Source: an uncultured Bacillales bacterium
Lineage (GTDB): Bacteria > Bacillota_I > Bacilli_A > RFN20 > CAG-288
Assembly: GCA_937896065.1 (NCBI GenBank)
Contig: CALBLI010000031.1
Location: forward strand, 1 to 60,705
Reading direction: 5' to 3'
DNA: 60,705 bases
Part shown: piece after piece, positions 56,815 through 60,705 of the stretch
How the letters are laid out: each line of letters begins with the position of its first letter
Position numbering within the stretch: position 1 is the stretch's first letter
Made by a program: the position numbers and the translations under genes
The notes under the pieces: generated by a model
The model's input: only the letters and a program-made list of their open reading frames with translations
The model's database searches: none
Told to the model about the DNA's origin: nothing

Positions 56815-57790
56815 AATAGCTGATATAACTTTAAAAAATAGATATGTTTTAGCTCCACTTGCTGGTTATACTGACTTCTCACAAAGATATTTAGCATCTT
56901 TGTATGGTTCATCACTAAATTATACAGAGATGATATCCGCTGAAGCTTTGTTTTATAATTCTAAAGCAACATTGAAAGATATAAATGATACTTATCTTGA
57001 TAAAGAATTTAATAATGATAGTAAATTAGCACTCCAATTATTTGGTGGTGATGAAGAACATATTTTAAAAGCTATCAAAATTTGTGAAGATAATGCCAGC
57101 TATGATTTTTTAGATTTTAATGTGGGATGCCCTGTAAATAAAGTCATCAAACAAAAAGCTGGATCTTATTGGCTTAAAAGACTAGATGAATTATATCCTC
57201 TTTTAAAAAATATGGTCAAAGTCTCATCAAAGCCTGTAATTGTTAAAATAAGAATCGGTTTTTCTGAAATTCTAGATATTGATTCTCTTATCAAGAATCT
57301 AAATGACACTGGTATCTCTGCTATTTGTATACACGGGAGAACAAGAAATGAATTTTTCTCGGGAAATGTTCACTTTGATGTTATCAAAAGAGCAAAAGAA
57401 GTATCAAACATTCCCATCATTTGTAATGGTTCAATTGATGCTAATAATTTCCTGGACATTCTAAATTATACTAACGCCGATGCTGTTATGATTGGTCAAA
57501 ATGCTATTGGTCATCCTGATATTTTTAAAGATATGATTTTTATTGAAGAAGGGAAAAAAATTGAAAGTAAAAACATCACTAATCAGTTAGATATGTTAAT
57601 TAAGCATGTCAGACTCATGTACAAATATAAAGATAGTAGACTTGCCACCAATCAATTAAGAAGCATATCTTTAAAATATTTGAAAGGCTATCCTGATGCA
57701 AATATTTTAAAAACAAAGCTTATCAGATGCCAAAATGAGAATGAATATTTAACAAGTATAAATGAATTTAAATCAAGTTTAAATTCATAA
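56798..57790 (+). CDS. dus: tRNA-dihydrouridine synthase
   Basis: LAPLAGYTDFSQRYLA, DFNVGCPVNKVIKQKAGSYWL (catalytic Cys), VKIRIG, ICIHGRTR. 330 aa. Overlaps the DUF523 gene by 17 nt. Confidence 0.88.
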   Translation: MIKTFKIADITLKNRYVLAPLAGYTDFSQRYLASLYGSSLNYTEMISAEALFYNSKATLKDINDTYLDKEFNNDSKLALQLFGGDEEHILKAIKICEDNASYDFLDFNVGCPVNKVIKQKAGSYWLKRLDELYPLLKNMVKVSSKPVIVKIRIGFSEILDIDSLIKNLNDTGISAICIHGRTRNEFFSGNVHFDVIKRAKEVSNIPIICNGSIDANNFLDILNYTNADAVMIGQNAIGHPDIFKDMIFIEEGKKIESKNITNQLDMLIKHVRLMYKYKDSRLATNQLRSISLKYLKGYPDANILKTKLIRCQNENEYLTSINEFKSSLNS

Positions 57791-57842
57791 TTTGCTATTA
57801 ATTAATTGAATGTTCTTATTAACTAAATTAAAATAGTTGTGT

Positions 57843-58607
57843 ATGAATTTAGTAAGAGATGAAGAAATTTTGAAACTAATCGATGCTTCTCCTTCACAAT
57901 TTGTTTCAGTTGAAAGTTTAGCAGCTCATTTTAATATAAGTGAATCTACTATAAGACGTGAACTTAAGAAATTAGCTGATTTGCACAAACTGACTCGTGT
58001 CCATGGTGGAGCAACAACTATAAATTTTTCTGGAACATATACTTTTGAAAGGCTTGACCGCGAATATCTAGAAAGAGAAAAATCGGAAGTTGAAATCAAG
58101 CAAATGGTTGCTAAAGCTGCTTGCTCTCATTTAAAAAATTCATCACTCATCTATTTAGATGCTTCAACAACTGTTGCAAGCATGGTACCTTATATTCCTA
58201 AAAATAAAAATTTAAAATTTGTAACCAATTCTCCAACAGTTGCAAGCCGATTGATGGAAAATGGTCTGCCTTGTTATGTTACTTGTGGTGAGCTGAAGCT
58301 TTTAACTAATGCTCTTATTGGTTCATTTGCTTTAGAATTTCTAGATAAATTTAATTTCTCAACTGGTTTCTTTGGGACAAATGGTATTCACTATCAAGCT
58401 AAATATACGACCCCTGATCCTGAAGAGTGTGCTATCAAAGTTAAAGCAATGAGCAGATGCTATGAAGTTTTTATTCTAGCTGATCACACTAAAATTGGAA
58501 ATATTGCTTCTTCAACTTTCTCTGATTTTTCAAGGCCAACATTAATTATTGACAAAGTCGATGAAAAATATAAAAATTTGATTAAAAATATTGAAATAGC
58601 TATGTAA
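57843..58607 (+). CDS. fruR: DeoR-family transcriptional repressor (FruR-like)
   Basis: N-terminal HTH LAAHFNISESTIRRELKKLADLHKLTRVHGGA and a C-terminal DeoR sugar-phosphate sensor domain. Immediately upstream of fruK. The ATG at 57843 is preferred over the TTG at 57837. Confidence 0.8.
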   Translation: MNLVRDEEILKLIDASPSQFVSVESLAAHFNISESTIRRELKKLADLHKLTRVHGGATTINFSGTYTFERLDREYLEREKSEVEIKQMVAKAACSHLKNSSLIYLDASTTVASMVPYIPKNKNLKFVTNSPTVASRLMENGLPCYVTCGELKLLTNALIGSFALEFLDKFNFSTGFFGTNGIHYQAKYTTPDPEECAIKVKAMSRCYEVFILADHTKIGNIASSTFSDFSRPTLIIDKVDEKYKNLIKNIEIAM

Positions 58608-58621
58608 AGGAGGATACAAAC

Positions 58622-59551
58622 ATGGTTTATACATTATCAATAGCCCCATCAATTGATTACACCTTAGATTTAGGTGATAAAGAATTAAAAGTTGGAGGTG
58701 TAAATAGACCTCTTTCTAAAGGACTTTCTTTAGGTGGTAAAGGAATCACTGTTTCTAGAATGCTAAAAAATTTAAAAGTTGATAGTATTCCTATTGTTGC
58801 CATTGGTGGGAAAAACGGTCAAACTATCAAAGAAATGATTGATAAAGAATTTAAGGAAGCTATTTATCTTGATACTGAAACCGAATCACGAATTGATGTC
58901 ATGATTACAGGTCCATCTCAAGATACTAGATTTGATCCAGCTGCTCCTAAAATAAAACAAGCAGGTTTAGATAAATTATTTGATGTCTTAAGCACAAAAT
59001 TAAGTGATAAAGATATCTTGGTTTTAGCTGGTTCACTTGGTCAAGAAGATAAACACTTATATGCTGAAATAATTAAAAAATGTACTGAAAATAAAGATGT
59101 TACTGTCTTTTTAGATTCAGTAGATGAAGCTTTAGTAAATGCTTTACCTACCCACCCTTTCATGATTAAACCTAATCAAGAAGAGCTGAGTGATATCATC
59201 AAGAAAAATTTGAAAACTAAAGATGAAATAATCGCTGGTGCAAAGAGTTTAAAAGAAATAGGACCTAAATCTATCTTAGTAACACTAGGAAAAGATGGCG
59301 CTTATTATTTTGCAGAAGACGGCTCAATTTATTCTTGCAATTGTGCAACTGGAAAACAAATTTCAGCAGTCGGTGCAGGTGATTCATCCATTGCTGGGTT
59401 TATCAAAGGTTTAGTTGAAAATAAAAGTATTGAAGAAACTTTAATTTATTCAATGGCTGCAGGTGGTTCAACTGCTTTTTCTGAATATTTAGGCTCATTT
59501 GAATTATTTTCAGAGCTTCAAAGCCAAATCAAAGTCAAAAAAATATTTTAA
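58622..59551 (+). CDS. fruK: 1-phosphofructokinase (PfkB family)
   Basis: MVYTLSIAPSIDYTLDL...VNRP...GGKGITVSRMLKNL and the C-terminal VGAGDSSIAGFI motif. AAGGAGG RBS. The position after a DeoR regulator is typical. Confidence 0.85.
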   Translation: MVYTLSIAPSIDYTLDLGDKELKVGGVNRPLSKGLSLGGKGITVSRMLKNLKVDSIPIVAIGGKNGQTIKEMIDKEFKEAIYLDTETESRIDVMITGPSQDTRFDPAAPKIKQAGLDKLFDVLSTKLSDKDILVLAGSLGQEDKHLYAEIIKKCTENKDVTVFLDSVDEALVNALPTHPFMIKPNQEELSDIIKKNLKTKDEIIAGAKSLKEIGPKSILVTLGKDGAYYFAEDGSIYSCNCATGKQISAVGAGDSSIAGFIKGLVENKSIEETLIYSMAAGGSTAFSEYLGSFELFSELQSQIKVKKIF

Positions 59552-59569
59552 TCGTATAAAAAATTTTTT

Positions 59570-60262
59570 TTATAATACATCACTTTTTTGAATTTCAATC
59601 AATCTAGGAATATCAAATAATTTTATCTTTTCATGTTTCTTATTTTTTGAAAATACGTCTTCATAATCGTATTGAATTATCTTCCCATACATCCCTTCAA
59701 TTATCTTCCCATAGCAAATAATATATTCAGGCTCAAATTTGTTTATAAAATATTTGAAGCCTTCTAAAAATACTTTCTTGTCGTTTGCACAGACAGTTGA
59801 AATTGCTAGTGGATTATATTTGACAAGTCCCTGACTACAAATATCATATGTATTCTTTTCTCCCCAAGAGACGGTTGGTATTACATCAATTGAATATTGC
59901 TGATAAAAACATCCAAGCCATCTATTTTTGAATGTATTTTCAATTATCTGTGCTTCTTTCATAGAAGAAGTAATTGAAAAATCAGGTGTTAATATAGCTC
60001 GTGCAGATTTAAATTCAGCAACTTTTTTAAATGGTTTGCTCCATAAAGGATTCAATTTGTAATCAAATGAAAAGCATTCAACTATATCATTTGATATATC
60101 CCTGTTCTTAATATTTGTAAAATTAATAATATTTGATAATGATGCATTATCAATATTCAATTTGCTTTTCCATAAAATAGGGATGCCATATTTTGCACTT
60201 TCAAATCTTGCAAAAAGAGGTCTATTAGTTAAAAAGTTTTCTAAATTCTTATTAAATTTCAT
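59570..60262 (-). CDS. DUF4417-like protein (230 aa)
   Basis: ILTPDFSI...AQIIENTFKNRWLGCFYQQYSIDVIPTVSWG matches the conserved core as I remember it for DUF4417, a family often found on phage or mobile DNA. Recognised from memory only. Confidence 0.55.
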   Translation of the reverse strand: MKFNKNLENFLTNRPLFARFESAKYGIPILWKSKLNIDNASLSNIINFTNIKNRDISNDIVECFSFDYKLNPLWSKPFKKVAEFKSARAILTPDFSITSSMKEAQIIENTFKNRWLGCFYQQYSIDVIPTVSWGEKNTYDICSQGLVKYNPLAISTVCANDKKVFLEGFKYFINKFEPEYIICYGKIIEGMYGKIIQYDYEDVFSKNKKHEKIKLFDIPRLIEIQKSDVL

Positions 60263-60313
60263 ATTTGCTCCTTTTTTTATATTTTAAATTTTTTTAATTT
60301 TAATTAATGCACT

Positions 60314-60700
60314 TTATGAAAAAGCTAATACTTCGCTATCTGGATCATCCCATATTTCCTTTAATGTTTTACCATCTTCCATTTTTGCATTATCAACCGC
60401 TTCTTTAAAATTATCATAGCAAATTGCATTTTTTCTACCAACAAGGTAACCTTCATAACCATTTTCAACACCAAAAGTTATAAATATATAAGAGTATTCA
60501 ATGAGCAATTTTCCATTAAATCTCTTATGCTCTTCATCTCTTTCACCAACAAATTCAAATTGATATTCTCTACCTTTATATCTAAAATAGAATGTTCTAT
60601 CAATGAAATAAGGATCATTGTAAGTAATGACATATTCTTTATAAAATTCATCCCATGTCATTCTATCTGTTCCAACTAATGCAAAATCTTCACTTAACAT
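60314..60700 (-). CDS. Hypothetical protein, 128 aa
   Basis: Complete ORF upstream of, and on the same strand as, the DUF4417-like gene. Acidic, no signal peptide, no recognised motif. Confidence 0.45.
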   Translation of the reverse strand: MLSEDFALVGTDRMTWDEFYKEYVITYNDPYFIDRTFYFRYKGREYQFEFVGERDEEHKRFNGKLLIEYSYIFITFGVENGYEGYLVGRKNAICYDNFKEAVDNAKMEDGKTLKEIWDDPDSEVLAFS

Positions 60701-60705
60701 AATTT

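Overview
This is an AT-rich chromosomal segment that uses the standard genetic code. TGA serves as the stop in the ATGA start/stop overlaps at 14962, 15468 and 55580, so this is not code 4. Gene content and the lipoprotein-dominated surface suggest a low-GC Bacillota or Mollicutes-like (Acholeplasma/Erysipelotrichia-type) organism; that placement is inference only. Recognisable core genes are yaaA-recF-gyrB-gyrA, serS, an rsuA-like pseudouridine synthase, thiamine pyrophosphokinase, ispE, phosphoketolase, tRNA-Lys(CUU), CIRCE-groES-groEL, a YwqA-like SNF2 helicase, a DUF523 protein, dus and fruR-fruK. Three giant lipoprotein genes (4079, 2604 and 1988 aa) are interleaved with these and take up about 43% of the window. 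They share a lipobox signal peptide, an MBG-like head and a stalk of Listeria-Bacteroides (Flg_new-type) repeats, but their C-terminal ends differ: about 2400 aa that I cannot assign, a BspA-type LRR block, and a Big_2-like domain. This family is the best candidate for something undescribed. The 4079-aa gene and the two-gene operon (2604 + 1988 aa) each sit behind a similar promoter with a TA tract in the spacer. Other points worth a second look:
- A DUF1538 membrane protein paired with a fused double P-II-like protein.
- A Crh-like HPr that lacks His15.
- A glutathione-peroxidase-fold protein with three of its four catalytic-tetrad residues replaced, translationally coupled between the SNF2 helicase and an HD hydrolase.
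- A divergent gyrase with charged N-terminal extensions and an atypical QRDR.
- fruR-fruK with no fruA.

I saw no CRISPR array, rRNA, transposase or integrase.
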